A stretch of DNA of 64,000 bases, taken from assembly GCF_053078305.1 (NCBI RefSeq), contig NZ_CP166879.1; one strand, 5' to 3'. A program made the translations under genes and the position numbers. Shown here one piece after another: positions 1 to 11,223 of the stretch; positions within the stretch are counted from its first letter, which is position 1, and each line of letters starts with the position of its first letter. The notes beneath the pieces were generated by a model, which searched no databases, was not told where the DNA came from, and saw only the letters and a program-made list of their open reading frames with translations.

Positions 1-3000
1 ATCCCTCTTCTGTCCGCCTGCTGATTCAGCTTGAGCGTAACGGGCACTGGGTGACGGAGAAGGATATCACCATTAACGGCAAGACCACCTCGCAGTACCT
101 GACGTCTGTGATTCTGAATAATCTCCCTGAGCGCCCCTTTAACATCCGGATGGTCAGGGAGACGGCGGACAGCACCACGGACCAGCTGCAGAACAGAACG
201 CTGTGGTCGTCATACACCGAAATCATCGATGTGAAACAGTGCTACCCGAACACGGCCATTGTGGGGCTGCAGGTGGATGCGGAGCAGTTTGGTGGCCAGC
301 AGCTGACGGTGAACTACCATATCCGTGGTCGCATCATTCAGGTGCCGTCAAACTATGACCCGGAAAAACGCACCTACAGCGGTATCTGGGACGGGAGTCT
401 GAAACCGGCATACAGCAATAACCCGGCCTGGTGCCTGTGGGACATGCTGACCCACCCGCGCTACGGCATGGGAAAACGCCTGGGGGCCGCGGATGTGGAC
501 AAGTGGGCACTGTATGCCATCGGGCAGTACTGCGACCAGACGGTCCCGGATGGTTTCGGGGGAACAGAGCCGCGGATGACTTTCAATGCGTACCTGTCAC
601 AGCAGCGTAAGGTGTGGGATGTCCTGGGGGATTTCTGCTCGGCGATGCGCTGTATGCCGGTATGGAACGGCCAGACGCTGACGTTCGTTCAGGACCGTCC
701 GTCGGATGTGGTGTGGCCGTACACCAACAGCGATGTGGTGGTGGATGATAACGGCGTGGGGTTCCGCTACAGCTTCAGTGCCCTGAAGGACCGGCACACG
801 GCGGTGGAGGTGAATTACACCGACCCGCAGAACGGCTGGCAGACCTCCACGGAACTGGTGGAAGACCCGGACGCCATCCTGCGCTACGGACGCAACCTGC
901 TGAAGATGGATGCGTTTGGCTGTACCAGCCGCGGTCAGGCCCACCGTGCCGGACTGTGGGTGATAAAGACCGAACTGCTGGAAACGCAGACGGTGGATTT
1001 CACGCTCGGGTCACAGGGGCTGCGGCATACGCCCGGTGACATCATTGAAATCTGTGATAACGACTATGCCGGGACCCTGACCGGCGGACGCATCCTGTCC
1101 ATTGATGCCGCCAGCCGCACACTGACGCTGGACCGTGAGGTGACACTGCCGGAAGCAGGGACATCGACGGTGAACCTGATTAACGGCAGCGGTAAGCCGG
1201 TGCGCGTGGACATCACTGCACACCCCGCGCCGGACCGGATACAGGTCAGCGCCCTGCCGGATGGCGTGGAGACATACGGTGTGTGGGGACTCTCCCTGCC
1301 GTCACTGCGTCGTCGCCTGTTCCGCTGTGTTTCCATCCGGGAAAACACGGACGGCACTTTTGCCATCACGGCAGTGCAGCACGTACCGGAAAAAGAAGCC
1401 ATTGTGGATAACGGGGCTCGCTTTGAGCCGCTGTCCGGTTCACTGAACAGCGTTATCCCGCCGGCAGTGCAGCACCTCACGGTGGAGGTGAGTGCCTCAG
1501 ACGGCCAGTATCTGGCGCTGGCGAAATGGGACACGCCGCGGGTGGTGAAGGGCGTGCGCTTCAGTCTGCGCCTGACCAGCGGAAACGGTGAAAACAGCCG
1601 CCTGGTGACCACCGCCATCACTGCCGACACGGAGCACCGTTTCAGTGGCCTGCCTCTGGGGGAATACACCCTGACGGTCAGGGCGATAAACAGCTACGGC
1701 CAGCAGGGCGAACCTGCCACCACCGCGTTCCGGATTAATGCGCCTGCAGCACCGGCCAGCATTGAGCTGACGCCGGGGTATTATCAGATAACAGCAGTAC
1801 CGGTGCTGGCGGTGTATGACCCGACGGTACAGTTTGAGTTCTGGTTCTCGGAGGCAAAAATCGCAGACACATCTCAGGTGGAAACCTCTGCCCGTTATCT
1901 GGGGACAGGCAGCCAGTGGAGCGTCTCCGGCCCGCACATCAAGCCGGGGAAGGATTTCTGGTTTTATGTGCGCAGCGTTAACCTGGTGGGGAAATCTGCG
2001 TTTGTGGAAGCCAGTGGCCGGGCGAGCAATGATGCAGAAGGGTATCTGGGGCTGTTTCGGGAAAAGATAGGAAAACTGCATCTGGCACAGGGGATGTGGG
2101 AGCTGATTGATAACAGCCAGCTTGACAATGAGATGGCGGAGATGAAGACCACCATCACCGAAACCCGCAATGAAATCACGCAGACGGTCAGTAAAACCCT
2201 GGAAGACCAGAGCGCCACCATACAGCAGATACAGCGGGTGCAGACAGACACAAATAACGACCTGGCTGCGCTGTACATGCTGAAGGTGCAGAAAACAAAA
2301 AACGGCATTCCGTATGTTGCCGGTATAGGTGCGGGGATTGAGGATGCTGATGGCCAGCCCCTGAGCAATATTCTGCTGCAGGCGGACCGTATCGCGATGA
2401 TTAACCCGGAGAACGGCAACACCACGCCGCTGTTTGTGGCGCAGGGGAATCAGCTGTTCATGAACGATGTGTTCCTGAAGCGGTTGTTTGCAGTGAGCAT
2501 CACCTCGTCCGGCAATCCCCCGACGTTTTCCCTGACGCCGGACGGGAAACTGACGGCCCGCAATGCTGATATCAGCGGACATATCAGTGCGAACTCGGGC
2601 ACGCTGAATAATGTCGTGATAGCGGAGAACTGTACGATAAATGGCACGCTGAAAGCGGAGAACATTATTGGTGATCTTGTGAAATGTGCAGGGGTGGCTT
2701 TTCCGGTGGATGGTAGTTACCTTGCGAACGGTACACGAACGCTGACGGTATATGACGATCACAGCTTTGACCGGCAGATTATAATCCCGCCGATAATCTA
2801 TGTCGGGTCAAAACAGGAATCCCGTACCAGTAATGACATCTGGACAGAGTGCTTCCTGCATGTTGATCAGAACGGACGCCGGATTTATTCAGGCAGGTCA
2901 GTGACAGAGCCGGGAATTTTCAGCGGGATCATCGATATGCCAGCCGGAGGTGGTCATATCACCCTGAGTTTTACCGTAAGTTCACGACGTCAGAACGGGA

Positions 3001-3077
3001 GTTTTGGCAGTTCACGTATCAGTAACCTTCAGGCGATAGTGGTGAAGAAAAACAGCGCGGGGATCAGTATCCGCTGA
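1..3077 (+). CDS. Phage tail host-specificity protein (lambda gpJ-like), C-terminal ~1000 aa; reading frame is open to the window start, so 5' partial
   Basis: ORF 51..3077 continues in frame without a stop back to position 3; size and sequence style match lambda J-type tail tip proteins; followed by a tail-fibre gene. Confidence 0.85.
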   Translation, partial: PSSVRLLIQLERNGHWVTEKDITINGKTTSQYLTSVILNNLPERPFNIRMVRETADSTTDQLQNRTLWSSYTEIIDVKQCYPNTAIVGLQVDAEQFGGQQLTVNYHIRGRIIQVPSNYDPEKRTYSGIWDGSLKPAYSNNPAWCLWDMLTHPRYGMGKRLGAADVDKWALYAIGQYCDQTVPDGFGGTEPRMTFNAYLSQQRKVWDVLGDFCSAMRCMPVWNGQTLTFVQDRPSDVVWPYTNSDVVVDDNGVGFRYSFSALKDRHTAVEVNYTDPQNGWQTSTELVEDPDAILRYGRNLLKMDAFGCTSRGQAHRAGLWVIKTELLETQTVDFTLGSQGLRHTPGDIIEICDNDYAGTLTGGRILSIDAASRTLTLDREVTLPEAGTSTVNLINGSGKPVRVDITAHPAPDRIQVSALPDGVETYGVWGLSLPSLRRRLFRCVSIRENTDGTFAITAVQHVPEKEAIVDNGARFEPLSGSLNSVIPPAVQHLTVEVSASDGQYLALAKWDTPRVVKGVRFSLRLTSGNGENSRLVTTAITADTEHRFSGLPLGEYTLTVRAINSYGQQGEPATTAFRINAPAAPASIELTPGYYQITAVPVLAVYDPTVQFEFWFSEAKIADTSQVETSARYLGTGSQWSVSGPHIKPGKDFWFYVRSVNLVGKSAFVEASGRASNDAEGYLGLFREKIGKLHLAQGMWELIDNSQLDNEMAEMKTTITETRNEITQTVSKTLEDQSATIQQIQRVQTDTNNDLAALYMLKVQKTKNGIPYVAGIGAGIEDADGQPLSNILLQADRIAMINPENGNTTPLFVAQGNQLFMNDVFLKRLFAVSITSSGNPPTFSLTPDGKLTARNADISGHISANSGTLNNVVIAENCTINGTLKAENIIGDLVKCAGVAFPVDGSYLANGTRTLTVYDDHSFDRQIIIPPIIYVGSKQESRTSNDIWTECFLHVDQNGRRIYSGRSVTEPGIFSGIIDMPAGGGHITLSFTVSSRRQNGSFGSSRISNLQAIVVKKNSAGISIR

Positions 3078-3275
3078 ACATCGCGCCCCGGGATTGCCGG
3101 AAGGAGACAAAAACCGTACAGTATGCGCGGGTGCCTTTGGCTGATGGCCGGAGGGAACACCTGAAGGCCGGAAAGACGAAGGCCCCGGACAAACATTCAT
3201 GTTTAACCCGAGGCCTGACTTTCGATCTTCAGCAAATTGAAGGTTAGCGCCTCTCCGTAAAAGGAGCAAGCGTTT

Positions 3276-3416
3276 ATGTCGCAAAAACCGTTAAAAACCA
3301 CCGTGATTTGTACCACGGTAGTGCTCATTATCTGGATCACCCACACTTCACTGTGCGAGTTCCGGTTCCGGATAGCGGGCGCGGAGATTGCGGCGTTCTT
3401 ACAGTGTAAGCAGTAA
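3276..3416 (+). CDS. Hok/Gef-family type I toxin-like small membrane protein (46 aa: MSQKPLKTTVICTTVVLIIWITHTSLCEFRFRIAGAEIAAFLQCKQ)
   Basis: Read directly; below the ORF-track size cutoff. AAGGAG RBS 9 nt upstream of the ATG; basic N-terminus, one TM segment, C-terminal S-L-C-E-x-R/H ... A-A-F-L-x-C-K pattern as in HokA/HokB/Gef. Confidence 0.6.
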   Translation: MSQKPLKTTVICTTVVLIIWITHTSLCEFRFRIAGAEIAAFLQCKQ

Positions 3417-3558
3417 GAAACCGTGGCGTGGGAGAATATCCCCCGCCGACCGGTTGCTGAGGGTGGTCAGCCGGATGGCACCGTTTTAACACCAACAAAC
3501 CACAAATATTACCGCAGGCCGGGAAACCGGTACTGCGGTTTTTTTATGGGGGAAATCC

Positions 3559-5292
3559 ATGACAGTCAGAATATCGGGTGTGCTGAAGGATGGTACGGGA
3601 AAAGCGGTACCGGGATGCACGATAGAGCTGAAAGCGCGCCGCACAACGGAGACGGTGATTGTCACCACGGTGGCGTATGGTCAGCCGGGGGAAACCGGCA
3701 GTTACAGTATGGATGTTGAGCCGGGGTTGTACCGGGTGACGCTGAACACGGAAGGGTACGCGCCGTCATATGTGGGTGACATTCTGGTGAAGGCGGATTC
3801 TGCACCGGGAACGCTGAATAAATTTCTGATGGACCTGGAAGACGCACAGTATTACCCGAAAGCCCTTGCAGAGCTGGAAGCGGTGGCAGCGGAAATCCTG
3901 AAGCGTGCAGAAGCGTCAGCGGCCAGTGCAGAGGAAGCGAAGAAACGGGCAGAGAATGCGCGGGGACCGAAGGGGGATAAGGGAGACACCGGGCCACAGG
4001 GGATTCCCGGGCCAAAAGGCGATACCGGCGAGCGGGGGCCAAAGGGTGAGCGTGGTGAGACAGGGCCACAGGGGCTTCAGGGTGTGAAAGGTGAACGGGG
4101 AGAGAAGGGCGAAAAAGGCGAGCCGGGAGGGCCGGATGCGACGACGGCACAGAAGGGAATTGTGCAGTTAAGCAGCGCAACGGACAGTGATGATGAAACG
4201 AAGGCAGCCACGCCGAAAGCGGTGAAAGCGGCAATGGACAAAGCGGACGGATGCCTGGAGAAAGCGAAAAACGGTGACGATATCCCGGATAAGGTGAAGT
4301 TTCTGAACACCGTGGGAGCAGCCAGAGTATACGGGCGGGACATTCATACGGGGGCCGGTGAATGGACCACGAGTGAGTTTGTCGCCTGGCTGAAAGAAAA
4401 AGGGGCATTTGACCAGCCTTACTGGATGATGAAGGCATCACTGCTTGCGTCAATGAATAAAGTCATCACAGATGTCGGACCGGGAAAACTCAATCTGGGT
4501 GGCTGTGTCATTGAGGTGATGGGAACGTATGAGGCTGCCATAGTCCGGGTCACCATTGGCGAATACGGTGCAACGGGGTTTATTAATGGCACGGTCTGTA
4601 CCTGTACGGTTTACGGCGACACACAGTATTTCCACTGGCGGGTGGATTACAGCACAAAAAACAAACCGGATACGGTCAGCCAGCGGGATGCCAGTACGAC
4701 GCAGAAAGGTGTGGTGCAGTTAAGCAGTGATACTGGCAGTAATGACGAAACAAAGGCAGCCACGCCGAAGGCCGTGAAGGCGGCAATGGATGTGGCAAAT
4801 GAAGCGAAAACAAAGGCAGAAGAGGCTGCAGCAGGAGGTGGTGTTCCCGGTCCGAAAGGAGAGAAAGGTGACCCCGGAGCACAGGGTCCGAAAGGTGAAA
4901 CGGGAGCAACAGGCCCCGCTGGTCCGCGGGGAGCGCAGGGACCGAAAGGGGAGAAAGGCGACCCCGGTCCCAGAGGTGAGCGTGGAGAAACCGGGCCGAT
5001 GGGGCCGCCGGGGGCATCAGGAGATGACGGGAAGAGTCGTGTCATGGGCTTCAGGCTGGGGAATCCGGTAACGTATGAGTTGCAGGAGGGGGACCATGGC
5101 TGGTCAGTTAATCTGGCTGATGGTTCAGTCATTACAGGGCTTTCGGGGAACACTCAGGGCGGCGTCAGCCGTGTTACAACGATTTACTACAGGCCGCTGC
5201 AGATGACGTTTGATGGCTCTCACTGGCGCACCGTTGGTGTTGGTGAGTATGTGTCGTCAGGAGCGCCGGGGCGTGAGTATTTTTCATTATAA
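3559..5292 (+). CDS. Phage tail fibre protein with two collagen-like Gly-X-Y tracts and duplicated phage tail-fibre repeat motif
   Basis: 577-aa ORF after [14 protein letters not shown]... tracts; motif [32 protein letters not shown] present twice. Confidence 0.85.
   Translation: MTVRISGVLKDGTGKAVPGCTIELKARRTTETVIVTTVAYGQPGETGSYSMDVEPGLYRVTLNTEGYAPSYVGDILVKADSAPGTLNKFLMDLEDAQYYPKALAELEAVAAEILKRAEASAASAEEAKKRAENARGPKGDKGDTGPQGIPGPKGDTGERGPKGERGETGPQGLQGVKGERGEKGEKGEPGGPDATTAQKGIVQLSSATDSDDETKAATPKAVKAAMDKADGCLEKAKNGDDIPDKVKFLNTVGAARVYGRDIHTGAGEWTTSEFVAWLKEKGAFDQPYWMMKASLLASMNKVITDVGPGKLNLGGCVIEVMGTYEAAIVRVTIGEYGATGFINGTVCTCTVYGDTQYFHWRVDYSTKNKPDTVSQRDASTTQKGVVQLSSDTGSNDETKAATPKAVKAAMDVANEAKTKAEEAAAGGGVPGPKGEKGDPGAQGPKGETGATGPAGPRGAQGPKGEKGDPGPRGERGETGPMGPPGASGDDGKSRVMGFRLGNPVTYELQEGDHGWSVNLADGSVITGLSGNTQGGVSRVTTIYYRPLQMTFDGSHWRTVGVGEYVSSGAPGREYFSL
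3964..4131 (+). repeat. Collagen-like Gly-X-Y tract 1 inside tail-fibre CDS
   Basis: About 56 codons of uninterrupted G-X-Y triplets. Confidence 0.85.
4141..4238 (+). repeat. Phage tail-fibre repeat motif, copy 1 (direct repeat with 4696..4790)
   Basis: About 100 bp segment re-occurring about 555 bp downstream at both nucleotide and protein level. Confidence 0.75.
4696..4790 (+). repeat. Phage tail-fibre repeat motif, copy 2
   Basis: Direct repeat of 4141..4238. Confidence 0.75.
4834..5025 (+). repeat. Collagen-like Gly-X-Y tract 2 inside tail-fibre CDS
   Basis: About 64 codons of G-X-Y triplets. Confidence 0.85.
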
Positions 5293-5333
5293 AGCGCATC
5301 ACTTGTCAGACATGTAACCGGGAGGACTTACAG

Positions 5334-6005
5334 ATGCACATAAAGAATTTCAGACAATACACGCCGGAAAATCCGGATGTGCCGGGTGCGATGTACCTGA
5401 AATCAGAGGATGGTCAGGACTGGTATGAGTGTCAGTCGTTATTTTCAGCAGAGACGCTGAAGGTGGTTTATAACAGTGCCGGGGTCATTACCGGCATCAG
5501 CAGGGTGGCATCAGTTCTGTGGCCTGTGAATCAGAGTGTGGTGGAGGTGGCGGATACGGAAGAAAACCGCAAAGCTGACATCTCCGGGCGCTGGGGTTTT
5601 GACGGGGAGAAAATCACGGACCTGCTGACCGCGGAGAAAGCGCGAGGGATGAAGGGCGATGAAATTAACGCCTGGCGTAATGCGATGGAAGCGGCGAACT
5701 ACACGTTTGAGCACAATGGGCGTAAATGGGACTACGGGAAGTCAACGCAGACGCGTCTTGAGCCGTCGGTGGCGGCAGCGAAAGCGGGGAAACTGCCGGA
5801 GGCGTTTTTCTGGACGGATGCGGAAAACAATGATGTGCCGGTGACAGCAGACGAGCTTATTGCGCTGAGTGAAGCGGCAGAGCAGGCGATGTTTACCAAA
5901 GGGATGGAAATCCACGTCCGGCAGCGCACCATGAAGAAAGAGCTGGAAAAGCTGACCAGTGAGGATGAGATACTGGCATACAGGGTTGGCTGGGCACAGG
6001 AATAA
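5334..6005 (+). CDS. Tail-fibre assembly/chaperone-like protein (Tfa-like)
   Basis: 223-aa ORF immediately downstream of the tail fibre with GGAGG-type RBS; C-terminal region resembles tail-fibre assembly proteins. Confidence 0.5.
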   Translation: MHIKNFRQYTPENPDVPGAMYLKSEDGQDWYECQSLFSAETLKVVYNSAGVITGISRVASVLWPVNQSVVEVADTEENRKADISGRWGFDGEKITDLLTAEKARGMKGDEINAWRNAMEAANYTFEHNGRKWDYGKSTQTRLEPSVAAAKAGKLPEAFFWTDAENNDVPVTADELIALSEAAEQAMFTKGMEIHVRQRTMKKELEKLTSEDEILAYRVGWAQE

Positions 6006-6016
6006 CAGACAAAAAG

Positions 6017-6040
6017 ATGGGGGACCATCACCTCCCCCAT
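6017..6040 (+). terminator. Stem-loop (GGGGGA ... TCCCCC) after the phage tail-fibre genes; weak T-tract
   Basis: Inverted repeat seen in sequence. Confidence 0.35.
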
Positions 6041-6317
6041 GAACTGCGTTGACTATGTAATTATTGTGAAGAGACCTTACCTACACAGATAAAGAGTGCC
6101 ACGGAAAAGTTAATTCCGGAAGTGATGGAGCTCTCATTTTTGCGTGCTTTTTGTTCATGGGATTTACATGGGGCATCTTGGGGCATATATGGGACAAAAG
6201 AAGTCCTCAGATAAACAGAGAAATCGAGTTCAGGATTCTTATTGAAAAATGTAATTATCTGAAAAAACTTAGAAAACGCAAATAAGGCCACAGAATGTTA
6301 GAAAACATCTATGAATT

Positions 6318-7601
6318 ATGGATTTCCAGTTATATTCGCTCGGCGCAGCGTTAGTGTTTCATGAAATATTTTTTCCTGAATCATCAACGGCAATGGCGTT
6401 AATTTTGGCAATGGGAACCTACGGTGCAGGTTATGTGGCGCGTATTGTCGGAGCATTTATTTTCGGCAAAATGGGCGACAGAATAGGGCGTAAAAAAGTG
6501 CTCTTTATTACCATCACCATGATGGGGATCTGTACCACCTTAATTGGTGTGTTACCGACCTATGCACAGATTGGTGTTTTTGCCCCCATCTTGCTGGTGA
6601 CGCTGCGTATTATTCAGGGGTTGGGTGCAGGTGCGGAAATTTCCGGTGCCGGTACGATGCTGGCGGAATATGCGCCAAAAGGTAAGCGCGGAATTATCTC
6701 CTCATTTGTAGCTATGGGAACTAACTGCGGAACCTTGAGCGCAACGGCAATCTGGGCCTTTATGTTCTTCATTCTCAGTAAAGAGGAACTGCTGGCGTGG
6801 GGATGGCGTATACCGTTCCTGGCGAGCGTTGTCGTGATGGTCTTTGCTATCTGGTTGCGTATGAATCTGAAAGAAAGCCCGGTCTTTGAGAAGGTTAACG
6901 ACAGCAACCAACCGACAGCAAAACCTGCACCTGCTGGTAGCATGTTCCAGAGCAAATCCTTCTGGCTGGCAACAGGGCTGCGTTTTGGTCAGGCAGGTAA
7001 CTCCGGGTTAATTCAGACTTTCCTTGCAGGCTATTTAGTACAGACGTTATTGTTTAACAAAGCAATTCCAACAGATGCATTGATGATCAGTTCGATTCTC
7101 GGCTTTATGACCATTCCGTTCCTTGGTTGGTTATCCGATAAAATTGGTCGCCGGATCCCGTATATTATTATGAATACCTCTGCGATTGTGCTGGCATGGC
7201 CAATGCTTTCTATCATCGTAGATAAAAGCTATGCCCCGAGCACCATTATGGTTGCACTGATTGTGATTCATAACTGTGCGGTGCTGGGATTATTTGCTCT
7301 GGAAAACATTACCATGGCAGAAATGTTCGGCTGTAAAAACCGCTTTACCCGGATGGCTATTTCTAAAGAAATTGGTGGTCTTATCGCTTCCGGTTTTGGT
7401 CCTATCCTTGCGGGTATTTTCTGCACCATGACGGAATCCTGGTATCCGATCGCCATTATGATCATGGCATATTCAGTGATTGGTTTAATCTCTGCGCTGA
7501 AAATGCCAGAAGTGAAAGACCGTGATTTAAGTGCGCTGGAAGACGCTGCGGAGGATCAACCGCGTGTTGTAAGAGCTGCGCAACCTTCCAGAAGTCTGTA
7601 A
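6318..7601 (+). pseudogene. ydfJ: ydfJ, 5'-truncated MFS (metabolite:H+ symporter family) transporter; N-terminal TM segments replaced by prophage DNA
   Basis: 427-aa ORF starts inside the conserved G-x-x-x-R-P-x-G ... GDRIGRKK loop-2/3 motif; in-frame stop 2 codons upstream; prophage genes directly upstream. Confidence 0.8.
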
Positions 7602-7689
7602 ATCCTCAATCCCTTCTCTTACCGGAGAGGGGATTTTTATTCATATAACAAAACATGTAGCTTGCCATATTTAAATTTAAGGAATTGTT

Positions 7690-9150
7690 ATGGGAAATAA
7701 TTTGTTATCAGCAAAAGCGACACTCCCTGTTTATGATCGTTATAACCTGGCCCCAAGAATTGTTCATTTAGGCTTTGGTGCATTTCACCGTGCGCATCAG
7801 GGCGTGTATGCCGATATTCTTGCTACAGAACATTTCAGTGACTGGGGATATTATGAGGTCAACTTAATCGGCGGCGAACAGCAAATTGCCGATTTACAAC
7901 AGCAAGATAATCTTTATACCGTTGCGGAAATGTCGGCCGATGCGTGGACGGCTCGCGTCGTTGGCGTCGTTAAAAAAGCCTTGCACGTACAGATAGATGG
8001 CTTAGAAACCGTGTTGGCTGCGATGTGTGAACCGCAAATCGCGATTGTCTCTCTGACAATCACCGAAAAAGGGTATTTCCACTCTCCGGCGACCGGACAG
8101 TTAATGCTCGATCACCCGATGGTCGTTGCCGATGTACAAAATCCCCACCAGCCGAAAACTGCAACAGGGGTGATAGTCGAGGCGCTGGCTCGCCGTAAAG
8201 CGGCAGGACTTCCCGCATTTACCGTCATGTCATGTGACAACATGCCAGAAAACGGTCATGTTATGCGTGACGTTGTCACTTCCTACGCGCAAGCTGTTGA
8301 TGTAAAATTGGCACAATGGATCGAAGAAAACGTGACTTTCCCATCAACAATGGTGGACCGTATTGTGCCCGCAGTGACAGAGGATACGCTGGCGAAAATC
8401 GAACAACTTACCGGTGTGCGCGATCCTGCGGGCGTTGCCTGTGAACCTTTCCGCCAGTGGGTTATCGAAGATAACTTTGTTGCCGGACGTCCGGAATGGG
8501 AAAAAGCGGGAGCCGAACTGGTTAGTGATGTGCTGCCTTATGAAGAGATGAAGTTGCGCATGCTCAACGGCAGTCATTCATTCCTGGCGTATTTGGGTTA
8601 TCTTGCTGGATATCAGCACATTAATGACTGTATGGAAGATGAACATTATCGTTATGCGGCGTATGGCTTGATGTTGCAGGAACAAGCGCCGACGCTGAAA
8701 GTGCAGGGCGTTGATTTGCAAGATTACGCTAACCGATTAATTGAACGCTATAGCAACCCGGCGTTACGTCATCGAACCTGGCAGATTGCGATGGATGGCA
8801 GCCAGAAATTGCCACAGCGGATGTTGGATTCTGTTCGCTGGCATCTGGCGCATGACAGCAAGTTCGATCTGCTGGCGCTGGGCGTCGCGGGTTGGATGCG
8901 TTATGTCGGTGGTGTTGATGAACAGGGAAATCCGATAGAAATCAGTGACCCACTGTTACCTGTTATTCAGAAGGCTGTACAAAGTAGTGCCGAAGGGAAA
9001 GCGCGCGTCCAGTCATTGCTGGCGATTAAGGCAATCTTTGGTGATGATTTGCCAGACAATTGCTTGTTTACTGCAAAAGTGACGGAAGCGTACTTGTCTT
9101 TATTAGCGCATGGCGCGAAAGCGACCGTGGCGAAATATTCCGTGAAGTAA
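7690..9150 (+). CDS. ydfI: Mannitol dehydrogenase-family oxidoreductase
   Basis: 486-aa ORF, long-chain mannitol/mannonate dehydrogenase family. Confidence 0.9.
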   Translation: MGNNLLSAKATLPVYDRYNLAPRIVHLGFGAFHRAHQGVYADILATEHFSDWGYYEVNLIGGEQQIADLQQQDNLYTVAEMSADAWTARVVGVVKKALHVQIDGLETVLAAMCEPQIAIVSLTITEKGYFHSPATGQLMLDHPMVVADVQNPHQPKTATGVIVEALARRKAAGLPAFTVMSCDNMPENGHVMRDVVTSYAQAVDVKLAQWIEENVTFPSTMVDRIVPAVTEDTLAKIEQLTGVRDPAGVACEPFRQWVIEDNFVAGRPEWEKAGAELVSDVLPYEEMKLRMLNGSHSFLAYLGYLAGYQHINDCMEDEHYRYAAYGLMLQEQAPTLKVQGVDLQDYANRLIERYSNPALRHRTWQIAMDGSQKLPQRMLDSVRWHLAHDSKFDLLALGVAGWMRYVGGVDEQGNPIEISDPLLPVIQKAVQSSAEGKARVQSLLAIKAIFGDDLPDNCLFTAKVTEAYLSLLAHGAKATVAKYSVK

Positions 9151-9178
9151 AAAAAGCAATGCCGCCATCGGCGGCATT
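9150..9178 (-). terminator. Rho-independent terminator of ydfZ (hairpin AATGCCGCC/GGCGGCATT plus T-tract on minus strand)
   Basis: Inverted repeat followed by run of T on the minus strand. Confidence 0.55.
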
Positions 9179-9185
9179 CACACGC

Positions 9186-9389
9186 TTAGTTCATGCCGAG
9201 ACGAATCAGGTCCAGTGGTGCCAGTTTCTCTTCACAACCTTCAACAACTACGGTTTTTCCGCGGCGGATTTGCTCAGCGGTCAGACCTTCAGTATCAATC
9301 GACAGGATCTTGCCAGTGTGACCGGTGCCGCTAACCATAACACGGCTGCCAGTGGTGATTGCGTTACGGTTACGATCGTAGGTCGTCAT
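9186..9389 (-). CDS. ydfZ: Small 67-aa protein YdfZ (putative selenium-binding protein)
   Basis: 67-aa ORF in the ydfI-rspR interval. Confidence 0.85.
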
Positions 9390-9470
9390 AGGTGTTTTCT
9401 CCTTTCTGATTTACAGTCGAAGCCCACGTAACGGGCGCAATATAAATACTCCTGTCGAGTGAAATATTTT

Positions 9471-9484
9471 TTGTTTTTGATCAA
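9471..9484. promoter_or_regulatory. FNR-like site TTGTT-N4-ATCAA upstream of ydfZ
   Basis: One mismatch to TTGAT-N4-ATCAA; centred about 88 bp upstream of the ydfZ start. Confidence 0.3.
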
Positions 9485-9565
9485 GCTCACATCTTTTTTG
9501 ATGCATGCATGAGCCATAAGGCGGGGGAAAAGACTCTCACCCCGGATGGGATGAGAGGAAATGAA

Positions 9566-10252
9566 TTACTCTTCGCTAAACCAGTCGCTATTTTCCTGGC
9601 GGATCTGGCGCACGGATTCGCTGATTTCCTGCAAATGTTGCGTCATTGCACGTTCTACCGCATCGCCATCACGTTTTTGCAGGGCAGAGAAAATATCAAG
9701 ATGCTGGCGTAACAGCATTTCTGGTGGTGAAACGTGGTCGAAACTCATATAGCGCACGCGATCAACGGTCGCTTTCAGGTTCTCAATGGTATCCCACGCC
9801 AGTTGACAGTCGGCAATCTGCGTCAGGAGTTGATGGAAGTTGTCATCAAGTTCAAAAAAATCATCCAGTTGCTTGCGCTCAATGGCAATGCGTTGCTGGT
9901 GAAGATTTTGTTCCAGTTGGTAGCACTGGCTTTCGGTAATCATGCTCGCCGCCCGACGCGCCACCGCGCACTCAATGGCCTGACGGATAAAACTGCCGTT
10001 GCGCACCTGGGCCATGGAAATTTTGTTGACGTAGCTGCCACGCTGTGGACGAATTTGAATCAGGCCGTTTTCCGCCAGTTTAATAAAGGCTTCACGAACC
10101 GGCTGGCGAGACACATTGAAACGAACAGAAACTTCTTTTTCCGACAACGGTGTGCCTGGGGCAATCAGGCAATGGACAATGTCGCGACGAAGGATACGAT
10201 AAATCTGCTGATTGACAGGCTGTGTGGGATTAAGTTGCGTTTCGACGGTCAT
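9566..10252 (-). CDS. rspR: GntR/FadR-family transcriptional regulator
   Basis: 228-aa ORF; N-terminal GntR wHTH, FadR-type C-domain (ydfH). Confidence 0.9.
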
Positions 10253-10340
10253 TCGTTCTTGCTTGTGAGTGAGTTAACTGCATGAGTCTACCACTTTTTT
10301 ATGACAAGCAATAACCCGGCAGTTACGCCGGGTATAAAAA

Positions 10341-11087
10341 TTACTGACGGTGGACATTCAGCCCGGCATAGCTTTGGGTAACCGGCATCATTTCCAGGGT
10401 ATTGATATTGACGTGAGCAGGCAGCGTTGACACCCACCAGACGGCTTCGCTGACATCTTCCGGCGTTAATGCAACGGTATTTTGATAGGTTTTTTCCGCT
10501 TTACCGTCATCGCCTTTAAAGCGGACATTGGAAAACTCGGTGCCACCCACCAGACCCGGTTCGATGTCGGTGACGCGCACCGCCGTACCATGCAGGTCCG
10601 TACGCAGATTCAGGCTAAACTGACGAACAAAGGCTTTCGTCGCACCGTAAACGTTACCACCGGCATACGGCCAGCTGCCTGCCGTTGAGCCAATGTTAAT
10701 AATATGACCATGATTACGTTCAACCATACCCGGTAAGACGGCGCGCGTCATATATACCAGGCCTTTGTTGTTGGTATCAATCATCGTTTCCCAGTCTTCA
10801 ATGCTGGCTTTATGCGCAGGCTCCATGCCCAACGCCAGGCCGGCATTATTTACCAGGATATCAATATTGCTCCACTCGGCAGGGAGCGATGCCAGCATCT
10901 CTTCAATAGCGGCGCGGTTGCGAACGTCCAGTTGGGCGATGTACAGATTATCTCCCAGTTCGTCTTTTAACTCCTGCAACCGTTCCTGGCGACGGCCAGT
11001 GGCGATAACTTTATGCCCTTGTTGAATAAAACGACGAGTAATGCATTCACCAAAACCTGCCGTTGCTCCAGTTACTAAAACGATCAT
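10341..11087 (-). CDS. ydfG: NADP-dependent 3-hydroxy acid (malonic semialdehyde) dehydrogenase, SDR family
   Basis: Start taken at MIVLVTGATAGFG (248 aa); ORF track extends 5 codons further upstream. Confidence 0.9.
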   Translation of the reverse strand: MIVLVTGATAGFGECITRRFIQQGHKVIATGRRQERLQELKDELGDNLYIAQLDVRNRAAIEEMLASLPAEWSNIDILVNNAGLALGMEPAHKASIEDWETMIDTNNKGLVYMTRAVLPGMVERNHGHIINIGSTAGSWPYAGGNVYGATKAFVRQFSLNLRTDLHGTAVRVTDIEPGLVGGTEFSNVRFKGDDGKAEKTYQNTVALTPEDVSEAVWWVSTLPAHVNINTLEMMPVTQSYAGLNVHRQ

Positions 11088-11223
11088 CTCACTGTTCCTC
11101 AACGCTTTTGTGTGTCAATAACATAGCACGTGATGCTTAAGAGCGGGTAATACTGGTTTGCAAGATTGCACTCCGTTATCAGTAAGCCTACGCTATGGAA
11201 CACCTCGCGTTCAGGAGAACAAA

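Noticed and set aside
1497-2762. 421-aa ORF on the minus strand inside the J gene
   Set aside because: Antisense to a well-supported 1000-aa tail-protein frame; Arg/His/Cys-rich low-complexity translation typical of a spurious antisense ORF in GC-rich coding DNA
3423-3719. 98-aa + strand ORF overlapping the tail-fibre start
   Set aside because: Out of frame with the tail fibre, which has the better RBS and recognisable repeats; likely spurious
3662-5153. Proline/serine-rich minus-strand ORFs (3662..4453, 4647..5153) inside the tail-fibre gene
   Set aside because: They are the reverse-complement reading of the Gly-X-Y collagen-like codons; no RBS or independent support
6061-6291. 76-aa minus-strand ORF in the prophage/ydfJ junction region
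   Set aside because: AT-rich junction DNA, no RBS, no recognisable family; most likely non-coding att-flanking sequence
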